A stretch of 64,000 nucleotides of DNA. Origin: Hemiscyllium ocellatum. Its lineage: Eukaryota. The notes beneath the pieces are model-generated. The model was not told the DNA's origin and ran no database searches. It saw nothing but the letters and a program-made list of their open reading frames with translations. The stretch is taken from assembly GCF_020745735.1 (NCBI RefSeq), contig NC_083437.1, forward strand, positions 19,778,001 through 19,842,000, written 5' to 3'. A program made the position numbers and the translations under genes. The first letter of the stretch is position 1. Each line of letters begins with the position of its first letter. Below, piece by piece: positions 13,321-27,436 of the stretch.

Positions 13321-14169
13321 AAACATGGAGTGCAGTCCCTAGCACAGCAGGACATGGATCAAGATAGTGGCCAAAAACGGGGCCCATTTTAAATTAATGC
13401 ATGGAAAACTGAACTGGCTTTGGAACAGGCACACGTTCATTCAAATCCAGTTTTCGGATGCATAAGAATAATGAGAGATTAATTTTTACTGTTTGATATC
13501 TCACTTGCTGCTTCACCCAAGACAGCAGCTGCAACTCTTGGGCACTTTAACTTTCCAAGAATTTTCTTTGGCAGTTAAACAACTGCACTGAAAACCCTTA
13601 ACACAAGCTCGAAACTAGTCCCGTGTAATTTTGTGGCCTCACAGTGTCACTTCAGTACATGAATATTTTAACTCCGCGCTCAGTAATTACACCATCTTAG
13701 CCTTCCACAAATGAACTGGTTTAGGATCTCAGTTAAGCCGCAAATCGGAAACAGATGTTGAGGGGAAAGCATCAAAATTGCATCTAATTTCCAATTCACT
13801 TCCTATCTCACAGATGGCAAATGGCTGAGCCAAAACGCCGAAAGGTTTGGTGGCAGGGGGACAGCGAGAGCGATAGGTGTAACATCAGCAGTTTGTTCCT
13901 CAGAAAAGGTAAAGTTGCCCAGTTGGCAAAGATTCCCAACAGACCCACCCCTCAGGATAGTACGTAGCTCCTGTACTTAGAGGGCTGCCTCTCAACTGAG
14001 GACTATTGACACTGAATGGAAATGTATTCTGCCCCCTCAATAAGAGAGCCAGAGAGAATCAGCCGTGATGGAGTTAGCTGAGAGTGTAAGGAGTGAGGAA
14101 GTTGCAGAATGACTGCAGCTGTGTGGAGTTTGCACTGTGTCAGCACTGATTGGGAACCTGACGGAGGCA

Positions 14170-14470
14170 TTTTCATTCAAGGGTTCCCGAAGTGAGTGAG
14201 ATGATTAGTTGAAAAGGACAGCAGACACATTGGAGCAGGACCATCAATGCTGCCTGCACAAGGTCCTGCCAATCTGCTGGGGGAAAAAAGATGCAAAAAA
14301 TTGGAAGCCAGGCGCAAACAGTGCACTGCCTCACGAGTCCGTTCCCACGTCCATCTTCTGCCCCATGTGTAACAGAGCCAGTGGAAGCTGAATCTATCTG
14401 TCCAGCCACCTACGGACTCACCCTGAGAGTGGAAGGGTCAGCCTCATCTGCGAGGGACCGTTGATGATGA
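14170..14470 (+). mobile_element. RTE-clade LINE 3' end relic
   Basis: C-terminal zinc-finger-like CPMCNR..S*I..SHLRTH, followed by a short UTR ending in (tga)n. Confidence 0.5.
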
Positions 14471-15685
14471 GAAGGAAAGATGCGCAGGATGAAGGCAGGA
14501 GAGCAATACGAGGTGAGGTGAGGTGAAGCTCATTTGAAGAATCAGTGCAAACATGATGGGCCAAATTGATTAGTTTCACAACCACTAAACGAGATAAATC
14601 CTTGGCTTCCAAATCCTTAAATGAGAGTGTTGACCTGTTGTAACTTTAAAAAAAAATCAACTAGAGAAAAAAAGCAATTGTTGGAATCCAAGGTCACTGC
14701 TTGCCAAGTTGATCAACAAAGAGTTAACTGTTGAGGAACCTCTGGCATTAGGAGCAAGACCCAAGTAATGTGCCACGCGCAGACAGCATTAATCATTCAC
14801 TTACACCTATCCATCACACACTTGAATCCCATTCCAATTAAGCTCTGTGGCATTTTAAAATATTTTAGACAAAGCAGTGCTTGGAGTGGACATCTATTTA
14901 GTAGAATGAGTGTGAAGGCATGGATTAGCTGGAGTAGGCCAGAACAGATGTAGAAATGCAGTAAAAACAGAAAGCCATGTAGATTCTCACACCTCTGAGA
15001 CAATGCCTGACCTGTAACTCACCTCTGTTTCCCTACCTTGGCTGTATATCCCTTGAAATAATTAAATTTAATAAAAATTCCAATTTTAAAACTTGGCACA
15101 CTCCGTATTGGCCTTGCGCTCTTGCTGCTGAGACTGAGAGTCCGTGCACTGACGGATGAACCAGCAGTTGCCTCAGTGGTACTTACTTCACTGCTTTCCC
15201 ATCACAAACTATCACCCCTGATAGCTCTTCAATCACACCCACACCCACACTTCCAAGAGGTATTGGGTCAGGAAGGTTTTATGGGGAACCACCAGGACGG
15301 GTCCCGATTGTTTTAATTAAATGTCCCAGTGCTCCGGCAAACTCCTAAACGTAGTTCAGAAGTCCCAGCTTTCAGCTTTTTCCCTGTTTGCCAAATATAA
15401 ACGGAACCTGGATGGGGAAAATCTGTGTGAAGGCTCATCCTTCTACCTATAACTGCTCAGCACGTGGTACAGCATTGCCTGCAGCGCACCTGCGTCCTGC
15501 TGCCCACTACCTCCATTACCAATGGAGTTGCCACTACCCGATTGGCAGCAATGGCTCTATTACTAATTGCACCGTCCATGACCCCACCCCCCCACCACCC
15601 TCCCAACCTCTAGATTCCTGCTTTTGGTTAGAGAGATGTACAGCATGACAGACCCTTTGGTCCAACTCATCCATTCAATAACATA

Positions 15686-16020
15686 ACGGCTCAGTGGTTA
15701 GCACTGCTGCCTCACAGTGCCTGGGTCCCGGGTTCAATTCCACACTCTGTCAACAGCCTGTGTGGAGTTTGCACATTCTCCCCGTGTCTGCTTGGGTTTC
15801 CTCCAGGTGCTCCGGTTTCCTCCCAAATTCCGAAGATGTGCAGGTTAGGTGGATTGGCCACGCTAAGTTGTCCATAGTGTCCAAGAATGTGTAGGTTAGG
15901 TGGGTTGGCTGTGGGTAACAGGGATAGGTGGGAGGGGTGGTATGGGGTGGGATGCTGCTCGGAGGGTTGGTATGGGCTTGGTGGGCCGAATGGCCTGTTT
16001 TGACACTGTAGCGATTCTGT
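15686..16020 (+). mobile_element. HE1 SINE
   Basis: A/B boxes, core and tail. Confidence 0.88.
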
Positions 16021-16029
16021 GAATGACAG

Positions 16030-16330
16030 AATTGTTACAGTGTAGGAGGAGGCTATTGTAGACTGTTACTGCACTCTGTCCACATCCCGCCTAATATGTG
16101 GCACCCAAACCTGACACAGTAACCAGCTGAGGTCAAACTAGTGTCTTCTATAGGTTCAGCATAATCTCCCTGCTCCAGTACCTACTGTCCCAATAATAAA
16201 GCCGAAGGTACTGTGTGGTTTATTATCTCTATCTGTCCTGCCATTGTTAATGACTTATATATCTGTGCATTCCAATCTCTGTGCCTCCGCACACCCTTCA
16301 GAATAGTATCTTATATTCGATACCATCACC
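16030..16330 (-). mobile_element. Old CR1 RT fragment
   Basis: Minus-strand remnant of LYKTLVRPQLEYC-like sequence near 16100-16155. Confidence 0.45.
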
Positions 16331-16831
16331 CAAAGTCCTTTTAATCAAAATGTATCAGCGCTGACTCTTCTGGAACCTATTGCACATGTTCCGAAGTGCA
16401 GAGTGCCAGGAGATATTGGTGAAAATTGTGTGTTAGTCTGTGATGCCAACCCAGCCATAGAGCAGAGGTTTTCACTGTCCAGCCTCACAAGGGGAGTGCT
16501 GTGGGTGTGGGTGTGGCAGGGGTAGGGGTACACGTGGGTTGCATCCCAGTAGGAGTTACCACTTTCAGGAATGGGGAAACTGTGGACAGGAAGTTGGAAT
16601 AAAAATTGATCGGATGGCTCCCAGTTTCCATTGCATTAAGATGTTTCTTCCAAGCCCATGCCCTCATGACCGATGATATGTAAATGAGGGTAACCGTCCA
16701 ACAGGAAAATTTGTATCATCTGAACACTCTTAAAGTTTTGCCTCCAATTCTAGTTCATGAAAATAACTTATATGTAAATTAAAAGGAGGACCATAGGAGC
16801 TCTTATTCATTCATGTTGCCTCTGCTGTACT

Positions 16832-17085
16832 TAGAATCCCTACAGTGTGGGAGCAGGCCATTCTGCCCATCAACTCCACACTGACCCTCTGAAGAGCATC
16901 ACACCCACCCTGTAACCCTGCATTTCCCATGGTCAATCCACCTAACCTGCACATCTTTGTATTGTGGGAGGAAACCACACAGGCATGAGGAGAATGCGTA
17001 ACTCCACACAGACAGTCACTCAAGGCTGGAATTGAACCTGGATCCTGGGTGCTGTGAGGCAGCAGTGCTAACCACTGTGCCACCG
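16832..17085 (-). mobile_element. HE1 SINE
   Basis: Reverse-complement A/B boxes and core. Confidence 0.88.
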
Positions 17086-18188
17086 TTTCTTACCTGGGAG
17101 TTCTCAATAAGGGAGCACAGTGGGAGCTTGAAGTTGTTGGACCTGCTCAGAGTGGGTGTGTGTGTTCAGCCCATCAGTGAACAGGAAAGGAAAATAAATG
17201 AGATGGAAGAGGGAGAACTGTTGTAATGAACTGAAACTTGAGCAAATGTTGTTGTGTTCCTTGAGGGCTCTGATATGGAGTTGGTGGAGCTCCGTTATGA
17301 CACTGAATGCCTGAAGCATCAAGCGTAATGAAAGGCACATTACCAGTCATGCTGGTTGCAGAGATTCAGTGGGTAGAGTCATCATCAGGCAGCTAATGAG
17401 CGATTACTCCCATACATTGCATATGTTAAAAAAAGAATCACCTTTCTCTGCCTTGCATTAACTAAAGAATTACACACTGATGAAGCTGTAACAGACAAGC
17501 TTTTCAATTTCCCTGTACCCCTTCAAAGACATTGTCTTAACTTTCAACCCAGCTGAAGGCAGCTGGACTGTGGCTTCATTCAGAAAGTCAATGACCCTGG
17601 ATAGAGTCTTGACATCTCCCTAGCCAGAGGCCCACAACAGCAGCAACTCTAATAGACCCTCCTGCATATTTTGACATTGTAGCCTTGGAAGCTTTGAGGA
17701 GGTGATGCGTGGGGCAGGGTGTCGGGAATGCGGATTCTAATCTTGCTGGTAATGAAAAGCTGGGGTCCAAGGATTCAAACGGTGGGCTCCAATTGACAGT
17801 AGCTGTCTGAGGGATGAGGCAACATTGTTCACACATTGAGAAAGTCAACCTCGGGACGTGTATGAAGGAAACCCCCAAGGGGAAAAAGCTGTCTTTGGCA
17901 GAGGGAAATGGAGAAAGGGAGGATGTGATGGGTGAAGCTGCAGTTATGTTGCCAGTCAAATTCCCCACTGCATTCACAGGAAGGGTGACCAGTAGTGTTG
18001 CAGGTACATGTGCAGCACAGCAGTTCCAGTCACATACAGAGTTGTAGCACCAGTCACAGCTGTAGTTATGGAGACACAGTCCCTGATGATGTTACTGACA
18101 CCAGTGCTATGTGCCAGACATTTTGCCTGATTTTGATTTTACAACCCTCAGCCAAGGGCACTAAAATCCCTGAGTCTGGCTCTGCATA

Positions 18189-18468
18189 GGTGGCTCAGTG
18201 GTTAGCACTGCTGCCTCACAGCACGAGGGTCCTGGGTTCGATTCCCGCCTGTCTGTGTGGAGTTTGCACATTCTCTGCGTGAGTTTCCTCCGGGTGCTCC
18301 GGTTTCCTCCCACACTCCAAAGATGTGCAGGTTAGGTGAATTTGTCATGCTAAATTGCCCAAAGTATTAGTCAGCGGTAAATATAGGGGAGTGGGTTTCT
18401 CCTTGGACAGGTGGTGTGGACGTGTTGGGGTGAAAGGCCTGTTTCCACATGTAGAGAATCTAATCTAA
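18189..18468 (+). mobile_element. HE1 SINE
   Basis: A/B boxes, core, taatc tail. Confidence 0.88.
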
Positions 18469-19548
18469 TTATATCATTCAGGCTCAGTTCCACACTCTGG
18501 GGTTAGATTTACCAGTCGGGCCATTGAGGAAGTAAATTGTTCTTCTCTCTCTAAACCTGCATTCTATTCCTCCTCCTTTCTCCGTCCTTCACTTCCCTCT
18601 CATTCCAGCCCAATTCAATGCAGCCTCCGTATTTGAACTTTAGCTCAGGAAGCTACATCTTGTGCTGAAGGAGTTGGATCAGATCCTTCGCTGGCTGGCG
18701 GACCCATTGTGGCACCTGCCATGCCAAGCAGAAATTGTCTCCATTGCACAGAGCTGAGTAAAGCCCTTGTTAAAATGAATCGGAATTCTGTGCATGTCTC
18801 ACCAGCTCCTCACCCCTACCTCTCCATCTCCTGGCAAGGGAAGCCAAATAAGGTTCGGTTCCGTTTCAAAATTGCGAGGCTTTGTTCTGCTTTGTCGCCC
18901 ACAGTCCCCTTACTTCAAGTCGCATTAATGTTTGTGTAAATTTGATTCACAGTTAATTACTGTGGCCTTGTAGAGAGCCGGGCAAGTTGAGACATGGCAT
19001 GTGATAATTCTCTGCACATTACACGGCGAGCTCCCTGTGGGAGATCACGGAGTCAAGTATTTGAACGCCTGTACTCCATTCCACAGGCTCTCAGTCAGGA
19101 ATTAACCACATCTGGTGCTGTTTTACCCTAGCTGAGCAGCCCCCTCCCCTTCCCTCCTTCCTGGGGAACACTGAGCATTAGAGAGGGGGAAGGGGCCTCA
19201 TTGGCTGCAGCTCCACCTGAGCAGACATCACCCCCTCCACCCCCACCTCAGCGACCGCAGCCACAAACGCCAGCCCCTCTGGGCAATGCCCTATGCATGT
19301 GCCCCTCCTTACTCAGGAAATAAATGGAAGGGGCAGAAAACGAAGCAGTGAATCTGAACGTAAAGCATTGCTGGTTGCTTCTGTGCTCTCTGCCTGTATC
19401 AGTGACACTAAACCTGTTGTGATTACCTGATGGATGCAGCTCTATAATATAAATGTATCAGTTAGAAGGGAAGGGTTAGTCCTCCTCACATTTCGGACAT
19501 TAACATCCCATGGACAACTGGATAGAACACTTCAGAACACATGGATCG

Positions 19549-19552
19549 CGCG

Positions 19553-19590
<38 letters not shown>

Positions 19591-19818
19591 GTCTGTTTGT
19601 TTGTCTCTCTCTCTCTCTCTCTTTCTCCCTTCTCTCTCTTCTCTCCCTCTCTTCCCCCTCCCCCCATCCTCTTCTCTTCCACCTCTCTCCCTCTACCTCC
19701 ATCTCTCTCTCCACCCTATTCCCCCCCTCTCTCCCCCTTCCCCTCCTTCCACTTTCCCCCCTTTTTCTCTCTGCCTCTCTCTTTCACTTTCTGTCTGTTT
19801 CTCTCTCTCTCTCTCTGT
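19549..19818. repeat. CT-rich polypyrimidine simple repeat
   Basis: (CT)n and low-complexity pyrimidine tract. Confidence 0.9.
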
Positions 19819-20688
19819 CACGTGTATGAATCGGTTAAATGCTCCAGCCTTCAATGTGACCATGTACAGTATGAAGTTCGGGGGTGGGGAGCCTGGGAGC
19901 AGGGTTTCTACAGGCATTTTGTTATTTTTTTGTGTGTGTTTTAAAGGAAAAAGCTGTAAGAAATAGAATGGGATCTCTTTAGAATAATCAATTCAGTGCA
20001 TTCATTCCTTCATATAAACTAAACTGCTTTACTGGTCTCTAATCATGTCTCACCTCGCTAGAATGCTTCTGGGTCTGTCTTTTGTAAAGACAGGGGAACA
20101 CACATGGCGACAAAACAAAGGGTCTTTGTAATGTGCTCTGGGTGCCCTGATTGTTTTCACTGGATTCGAGACATGAAGGAAACTCTCCGGAGCAGACAGG
20201 GGCAAATGGTCCATTTACAGGAGTGACTAGTCGTGCCGAACCATGGAAAACACTTACCACAAATTGGCGAAAATTGTAACAACAGACTTTTATTCAAAGA
20301 TCATTTGTCAGCGAAAGCAAAACAGCCTGTAATGAGCTTTAAGCACTGTTTATCTGTGTCAGTGTGTGTAGTTATGATCCTGGTCCATTACTCCAACTTC
20401 AATCAGAGTTGGTTGAAGCTCTGAGAGGATTAACTACCTGGTTTGGTTCTGGATTAAAAGATATGGTGCTGACTGATGTATCTCTCAATGGTATCATCAC
20501 ATCCCCCTCTGAATGAGCTGTTGTAAAGTTTTCCCTATTACTATAATTTTCCCCTCGCTTTCTTCCCATCTCCTGATGGCTGACTCTATCCTCCACACAA
20601 CCAAATACTTACCCATATGACCCCCTGCTGCTGCTGGTGTTGTGGGTTTCACCTCCAGCAGTGTATCCTGGCTTTGTTTATATCACCC

Positions 20689-20900
20689 AGGAGAAAGTGA
20701 GGTCTGCAGATGCTGGAGATCAGAGCTGAAAATGTGTTGCTGGAAAAGCGCAGCGGGTCAGGCAGCATCTAAGGAACCGGAAATTTGACGTTTCGGGCAT
20801 AATCCCTTCATCAGGATGAAGGGCTTATGCCCGAAACGTCGAATTTCCTGTTCCTTGGATGCTGCCTGACCTGCTGCGCTTTTCCAGCAACACATTTTCA
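20689..20900. mobile_element. Palindromic Penelope-end element with TSD
   Basis: TSD gctttgtttata at 20671-20682 and 20901-20912; hammerhead core on the minus strand at 20787-20815. Confidence 0.88.
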
Positions 20901-21249
20901 GCTTTGTTTATACCATCTTCTGTAACTTAAAAAACTGCGACCTGAGTAATATGATATCGAAGAATCCAACTGATACTCGACATTGTGAGTTTTGCACTCA
21001 CATTGCTAACGTTTTGAGGAACCGAACAGAAAGTTTCTCCACACTTCCCTCATTGCCTTTGTTTTCAGCTTGCGATTGTGCTGCCATTTTCATGTCTGCT
21101 CCCAGCATCCTGCCTGACAGTTCTGAGAGACATCGTGTTCTCTTCATGTTGTTCATTATTGAGTGCTTGTCATCATCGATTATTGCAATCCTCCAGCAAT
21201 GCGTAACAAATGTAGTGCTAAGAGAAAGCACTGCAGTATTAAACTAAAT

Positions 21250-22700
21250 ATTAAATTAGAAGTGATAAAATGTAATCTAAAAGATAAGCATGTGGTCATT
21301 ATTGGACATTGTTTGTAACGTCCCGCAATGCATGATTGTAAAGAACATTGATGGAATCGAATGGAAAGCAAAGCGTGTTTTAAAGCATTTGGAGGTTAGG
21401 ATGGTACAATAAGCAAATGTTATCATGGGGGATTAAGGTGGAATGATCACTGGCGCTATGAATCGAGGATCTTCATAACAATAACACGCCGATCAGCTTA
21501 TTCCTCATTCTGGAGAAGGTTCTGCGCTCCTGAGAAAGGAGATGGGGAGAGGAAGATGCAGTGAAAGAGTAACCATTCGAAGCTGCCCTCAGACTATTTT
21601 ACAGGTTTCAGACACTTTCCAGTTTTCATAACATTGAAAATGCAGGGGGAGTCAGCCTGTCTGACATGGATCTGCAGAAGCATTTCTGGAAAAACTTAAG
21701 AGAATCGCGGAGGGAGGTGGGTTTGATCCTAGCCAGGTGTTTAATGTTGATGAAACTGGCTTCCATTTGAAACGTGTGCCTCTAGGACACGTGTTTCTGG
21801 AAGCAAGGAGGCTTCAAGGCCTCAAAGGATTCTCCTTTGTAGGAAGCCTACTCCAGTGGCGAAATAAAACATAAGCCATTACTTGTGTATAGGCAGGACA
21901 ATGAGAAACATTGTAAAATCCCAGCTTCTTGGAAAATGATCTTTTCAGTGCAGGGCCTGGATAGCAAAGCAGACTTTCCATCAGGCATTAGTGGATTATT
22001 TTCTACCAGAAGCAAGAAAGTACTCTGAGGGAAATAATCCTAATCTCAAGATCTATCTGTGCTCCGTGACCTGGATCTGGAACCATTATATCCAATGATC
22101 AGAGTGCTTTTTATAGCACCAAGGGTCACGTGGCTTTGCGCAGCCAATGGACACTGGTGTCATTGCATGCTTGAAGCCTATTGTTTGGGGAAAACATTCC
22201 ACAATCTGATACCCAAGACTGAAGGCAATGACAAACCTACAGTCCAGGAATTCTGGAGAAATTCCAACATTTTTGTACGTGACTTCGTTGATTGATTCTT
22301 TCTGGGATGAGGTATTGACCCACCTAATGAATGGTTTGTGGAAGAAAGCTCATCTCAATGCAGGCCACTCCTTTGAGGGGTTCAGTGATGCATCATGTGT
22401 ACGTGGTGAAATCATGCAACAGGCAAAGGCAGTGGGCTTCCACAAAGTAGGAGAAAATGATGTTGACCAACAATTGGAACTGCGTGGTGCACCTCTAAGA
22501 TGTTGCTGAATTAGATAAACCATACCTTTTGAGGGAGAATGTCTGGATGATGATGATGAAGAAATCAATATTCTTCTCAACAGAGAGGTATCCTGAGCTC
22601 TGAAATATGTTTGAGCATTGAAACTGCAATCAGCATTATCCAAAATCACTGCACTGTCGCTTGGATCATTCTGACAAGCCAGCCATGAAATGTTCAAGAT
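21250..22700 (+). mobile_element. Tigger/pogo-like DDE transposase relic
   Basis: In-order motifs: MQGESA (~21640), QVFNVDETG (21734), GFKASKD, GEIKHKPLLVY, QPMDTGVI (22141); many stops and frameshifts; TIRs not identified. Confidence 0.75.
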
Positions 22701-22949
22701 TCTTTGAATGCAAAACTGCAAGTAGGGAGGCAAAGAATCCTGGGTTCTTTCTTGTAAAAGTAACACCAGGCATGGAATCACCTGGAGCAGTACCTTCAGA
22801 CATACTACTGGGGGAACGTGCTGAGGTTACATCTTTCACAGAGCGAGAGAGAGTGTGGTTCTGGGGCAGAGTGATGTCAGTGACATTGAGATGGCAATCG
22901 ATGACCCTCTGTATCTCCAACCTCTGCCAATACCCCTCTTAAAAATCAT

Positions 22950-23241
22950 AGATTAGGTTACCTCCAATGTGGAAACAGGCCCTTCGGCCCAACAAGTCCA
23001 CACCGACCCTCCGAAGAGCAACCCATCCAGACCCATTCCCCTAACACTATGAGCAATTTAGCGTGGCCAATTCACCTGGCCTGCACATCTTTGGGCTGTG
23101 GGAGGAAACCGGAGCAAACCCACGCAGACACAGGGAGAATGTGCAAACTCCACACACACAGTTGCCCGAGGTGGGAATTGAACCCAGGTTCCCTGGCACT
23201 GTGAGGCAGCAGTGCTAACCACTGAGCCATCGTGCTACCCC
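22950..23241 (-). mobile_element. HE1 SINE
   Basis: Reverse-complement HE1 with tail and tRNA-like head. Confidence 0.9.
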
Positions 23242-23675
23242 AAATAACTTCAAATAAAATATCTTTTTAGACTAAAAATGGTTTTCTGTTTGAATCTTTG
23301 CTTAAAAAAGGCAGTGTGTTCCAGCTGCAAGATTGTATAAATATTACATTTCACAGGTACCTGTTATCTGTGGTCATCTTGAGTTTATAGGTTACAACAG
23401 AGCAGCATTCCTTCAAAAGCATGCTATGCTTCAAGTGCCCAGTACGATGGAGTGTGAGAGCTTTTTACCCTCCGACCATGTGCTATGATCCAGTTTGATA
23501 ACTATGAGATGTTGCATCATGGGTAAATTATTCCCCAGTGTGAGACGTCACATTTGATTAATTCAACATCTGTGCATGTCCTTGTTCCAGACACGGAGTG
23601 GTGTCAGAAGCACTGGCTAACTCCCCCTCCGTCCCAGCCTCATGGCACTGAGGGCAGTTGTAACTTCACATCATC

Positions 23676-23770
23676 AAGGTGAAAACAATGACTGCAAGTG
23701 CTGGAAACCAGATTCTGGATGAGAGTGGTGCTGGAAAAGCACAGCAGGTCAGGCAGCATCCGAGGAGTAG
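23676..23770 (-). mobile_element. Single arm of a Penelope-end element
   Basis: aaaacaatgactgc..ctggaaaccagattctgga..gctggaaaagcacagcaggtcaggcagcatcc. Confidence 0.75.
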
Positions 23771-24801
23771 GCGCCTGACTGAGGTCAGTTCAACATTGAT
23801 CAGGAATTAAAGGTTTTCGAGGCTTTCATTGAAACAAATGGATTAAAGTGAGTGCGTGTGACTCTCATAATTCTCTGGATCAATGGATACATGCAGTTGA
23901 TATCTGAGTCTATAAGGAGTGAAAGAACTGGTCACTTCCTCGATCAGCGAGTGAGAATGAGTTAAATAGTTGTGTGTCTCTGGTTGAGAGGCTGTGAAGA
24001 CACTGACAGGGAGGAGAAGGGGATGCTTTAAACAAAAGCAAGATGGTGTTCAGGTCAGTCATAAATTGTTTGGCCAATTGGCCTTTTCCTGCTCTTAAAA
24101 CATTGAGTAAGAAACAGTCCAGCCAGCCTCGTGTTTGTCTGAGACCTGTGTAATTATTTTGTCAGGGCACTAATCCTTTGGTGTACCTTTACAAATGCAA
24201 AACCTGATGGAAAGGCTGAAAGGTTGGGTCCTCAAAAGGAACTGCGTCTGGCTGTATGTTGTACCATCTTGGAGGGCAGGGCTTTACTGCACTGATAGTC
24301 CACCCTTCCTGGTCTCACTCGGTTTTGACTCTGGTCGTTTGCGGTAATGCTTCCCTTGAGCATGTAGGGGATCCAGGTCAAAGTTAGTGCTTGACCCAGC
24401 CGCATCCCATTTTCCTCTTATTTGGCTCAACGAGGGATCCCACAGCCATGAAAGGGACTTAGCTCCTCCCTTTGACCTGAAAGAAATTGGTACTAGAGAG
24501 GGAGCCACATCAGAAAGGCTTTCCACAGAGCTTGTTCCAACCCGTTGGTATTCTAGCTGAGGTTCTGATGGAGGGTGTTGGCACGATTCCTAGATCCCCA
24601 GCCTTTGATATGCCTGAGCTGGGAGTTTTTAATAGGGCAGTGCAGTGCGGAGGGAGCCTTACTGTCAACTTGAACTGCACTCTCACTGACCTGATCGATG
24701 CTGAAAGAGACATGTTCTGTTTTCCCCTCAGTGTTGTTGTTCCTCAATTTAAACACACAGCTTGCTAGAAATCGGCGAGTCAGGGAATTCCAGCGAGGTA
24801 T

Positions 24802-25127
24802 GGGGTGGGCACAGTGGCTCGGTGTTTAGCACTGCTGTCTCACAGCACCAGGGACCCGGGTTCAAATCCAGACTCGGGCAGCTATCTGTGTGGAGTTTGC
24901 ATATTCTCCCCATTCTCCTCTGGGTGCTCTGGTTTCCTCCTACAGTCCAAAGATGTGCAGGTTGGGTGGATTGGCCATGTTAAATTACCCAGGGATGCCT
25001 AGGTTAAGTGGATTGGTCATGGGAAATACAGGGTTACAGGGACAGAGGAGGGGTTTGGTCAGGGTGGGCTATTCTTTGGAGAGTTGGTATGGGCTGAATG
25101 GCCTGCTTCTAAACTGTAGAAATTCTG
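24802..25127 (+). mobile_element. HE1 SINE
   Basis: A/B boxes and core. Confidence 0.85.
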
Positions 25128-25739
25128 TAATATCCCTATTAAACATTTTAATTGACATGTATGCCTGTGGCCACGCAGAGCAGAAGTAGAGGCATGTACC
25201 TGCCTCATTGTAACTCTGCTGCATTACTCACAGGCTGTTTAATAGCTGGAAGGAGAAAATGACAGTGAGAATGATTTTCTTTTCTCCCAACTATGTTTGA
25301 CTAATTTCTGGCTATTACTGACAAAATGTACCATTCAAGGACATATGCATTATTGAGTAGATGGGAAAACTCAACGGGGGACTGGTAATTGCTAAAGTGG
25401 AGCCGCACAGCTCTCTGAAAGACAGCTTGCTCGTTCAGTGCCTGACTGATGGTGAGCTAACTGTACAGGGCAGGCTGCTACCCTTACTGAGGGAAACTGG
25501 CTTGGGTCGGATTGCTGCATGTTGGGGGAGACATTTGTTAAATAACTCGGAGACAGAATTCCTTGCTTCTCACTTTTTTCAGTCTATAATCCCTTGGCTA
25601 AAGCAGTACTGAAATTTTTTTTCTCCCTAAATCTTTCTCTTTTTTTTTTGAAGGAATATAATGGGTTGCATCTAAAGTTTAACTCTTTTTGTCAAAGCCT
25701 TGTATTTCTGGGTGACCTCAGGACATCTCAGAGGATCTG

Positions 25740-26030
25740 ACAGCAGATGTTGGATGGTATATCATCAAGTATGAAATGCAGCAGCCATTTTGAGTGCTGT
25801 GAGATCACAGAAACTGCGGTGTGTTAGTGACCCAGTTTTGGCGATGTTAGTCAAGGGGGTAAGTCTTGGCCGGGTCAGCAAGGACGCTGCCCTGTCCTTC
25901 TTTGACATAGCACCATCAGGCTATTTGTTGTTTAGTTATAAAGTTGGCACCTCTGACAGTGCAACACTGCCACAGTACTGCACTGGAATCAGCCTTCATT
26001 CTGTGTTCAAATCTCAGGACTGGCATTGAG
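25740..26030 (-). mobile_element. Deu-type (SacSINE1-like) SINE relic
   Basis: ggcacctctgacagtgcaacact..cagtactgcactgga is the reverse complement of the Deu-SINE core. Confidence 0.5.
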
Positions 26031-26694
26031 CCGACCAGCACAATAAGTGACTGTCTCCTGACTGGCACCTTCTTTGCCCATCGTGACCTCTCTTAAATGG
26101 TTGGCCACGTACATCGTAGAGAATTTTTGAGTGTTTCTGTTTTGTTTGTCTCAATCTTGTCCAATTCATTCCCCCACCCCCACCCCAAACAGAACTCGTC
26201 TTGCTTCAAGGCATGTTTTTGCTTTGTATCTTACATTTGCTAACTTGTGCTGGCCAGCGATAACATGTAAGCTAAACATCACAGGTTGGTAATGATGGGT
26301 GACAGACCAAAAACAATTCTTTTATGTTCAGTTGACCCTTCAGCTTTCCAGTGCTCCTTTCTGAGCCCCAGTAAATGGCAGTTCTAATAGCTCTGTCCTT
26401 TCTGCGTTGAACCTTTGGTGTTTTGAACCTCATGCATTTCAGCATTTCCCATTTTCCCATCATTGGACTGCTCGGCTGTGACAGGCTGAGATTCACATGT
26501 TGGGTGGTTTCCATAGAAATGGGCCACATGGTTTGCAAACTGCAGCAAAATGGAACTGGTTGAACCCATGTTTTCTTTCCCTCTTGAACACTGCACTACC
26601 ATTTTCTGTCTGCCTGCTGGAGGCCACTGAATTTGGCTCCCCCAGATGAATCTCCATGCACCTCGACCACTGAATGGTGACCAGCGGAGTTTTG

Positions 26695-26960
26695 TTTTCT
26701 TTATTCATTCATGGGATGCCAGTGTTGCTGCCTGGGCCTAGTTGTCCTTGAGAAGTTGGTGGTGAGCTGCCTTCTTGAACCACTGCAGCCCCTGTGATGT
26801 ATGTGGACCCACAGTGCCCTTAGGGAGGAGGTCGGTCCAGGAGTTGGACCCAGCCACACTGAATGAACAGTGAAAAACTTACAAGTCAGGATACCGTGTG
26901 GCTTAGAGGGGAACTTGAAGGTGGAGGTGTTCCCATGTATCTGCTGCTCTTGTCCTTCTA
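26695..26960 (-). mobile_element. L2/CR1-clade LINE 3' fragment
   Basis: Homologous to the element at 46280-47130. Confidence 0.55.
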
Positions 26961-26994
26961 GATTAGAATTATAAAATGTTACAGACCGAAGAAG

Positions 26995-27420
26995 GTCATT
27001 TAGCCTGCTGTGTCTGTACTACTCCTTAAAGAGCTACCCAGGTGTGCTTCTCTTCTGCCCTGACTCCACTGCCCCCATAACTTCATTCTTTTCAAATCTA
27101 CATACAGCTTGCTTTTGGAACCTCCTATGGAATCCTCCTCCAGCATATTCCCCGGCAGCATGTTCCAAATCCTCGTAGCTCTCTGAATAGAGAAGTCTCT
27201 GCTCATCTCACTCCTAGCTTTCTTGCTGGTAATTTTGAAATTATAGCTCCTAGTTAATGGCATACCACCTCACGGAAACCCAGTATCCTCCTTTACTCTG
27301 TCAGAATTGTTCACAATTTTGCAGGCCTTGATAAGGTCACCTCTTATTCTTCCCTGTTCCAAAGAGAATAAGTCCAATTTATCTACCTCTAATCTTTCCT
27401 AGTATCTAAATGGAATTTAG
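26995..27420 (-). mobile_element. Old CR1 LINE 3' fragment
   Basis: ORF remnant TRSYNFK..RDFSIQRATRIWNMLP. Confidence 0.6.
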
Positions 27421-27436
27421 GTGCTGATGGAATTAT

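Noticed and set aside
14118-14135. HE1 core-like tgtgtggagtttgcac
   Set aside because: Too short to call without flanking SINE sequence.
19434-19966. Ser/Leu-rich ORFs
   Set aside because: CT microsatellite translation; the same applies at 33356-33691 and 54694-55134.
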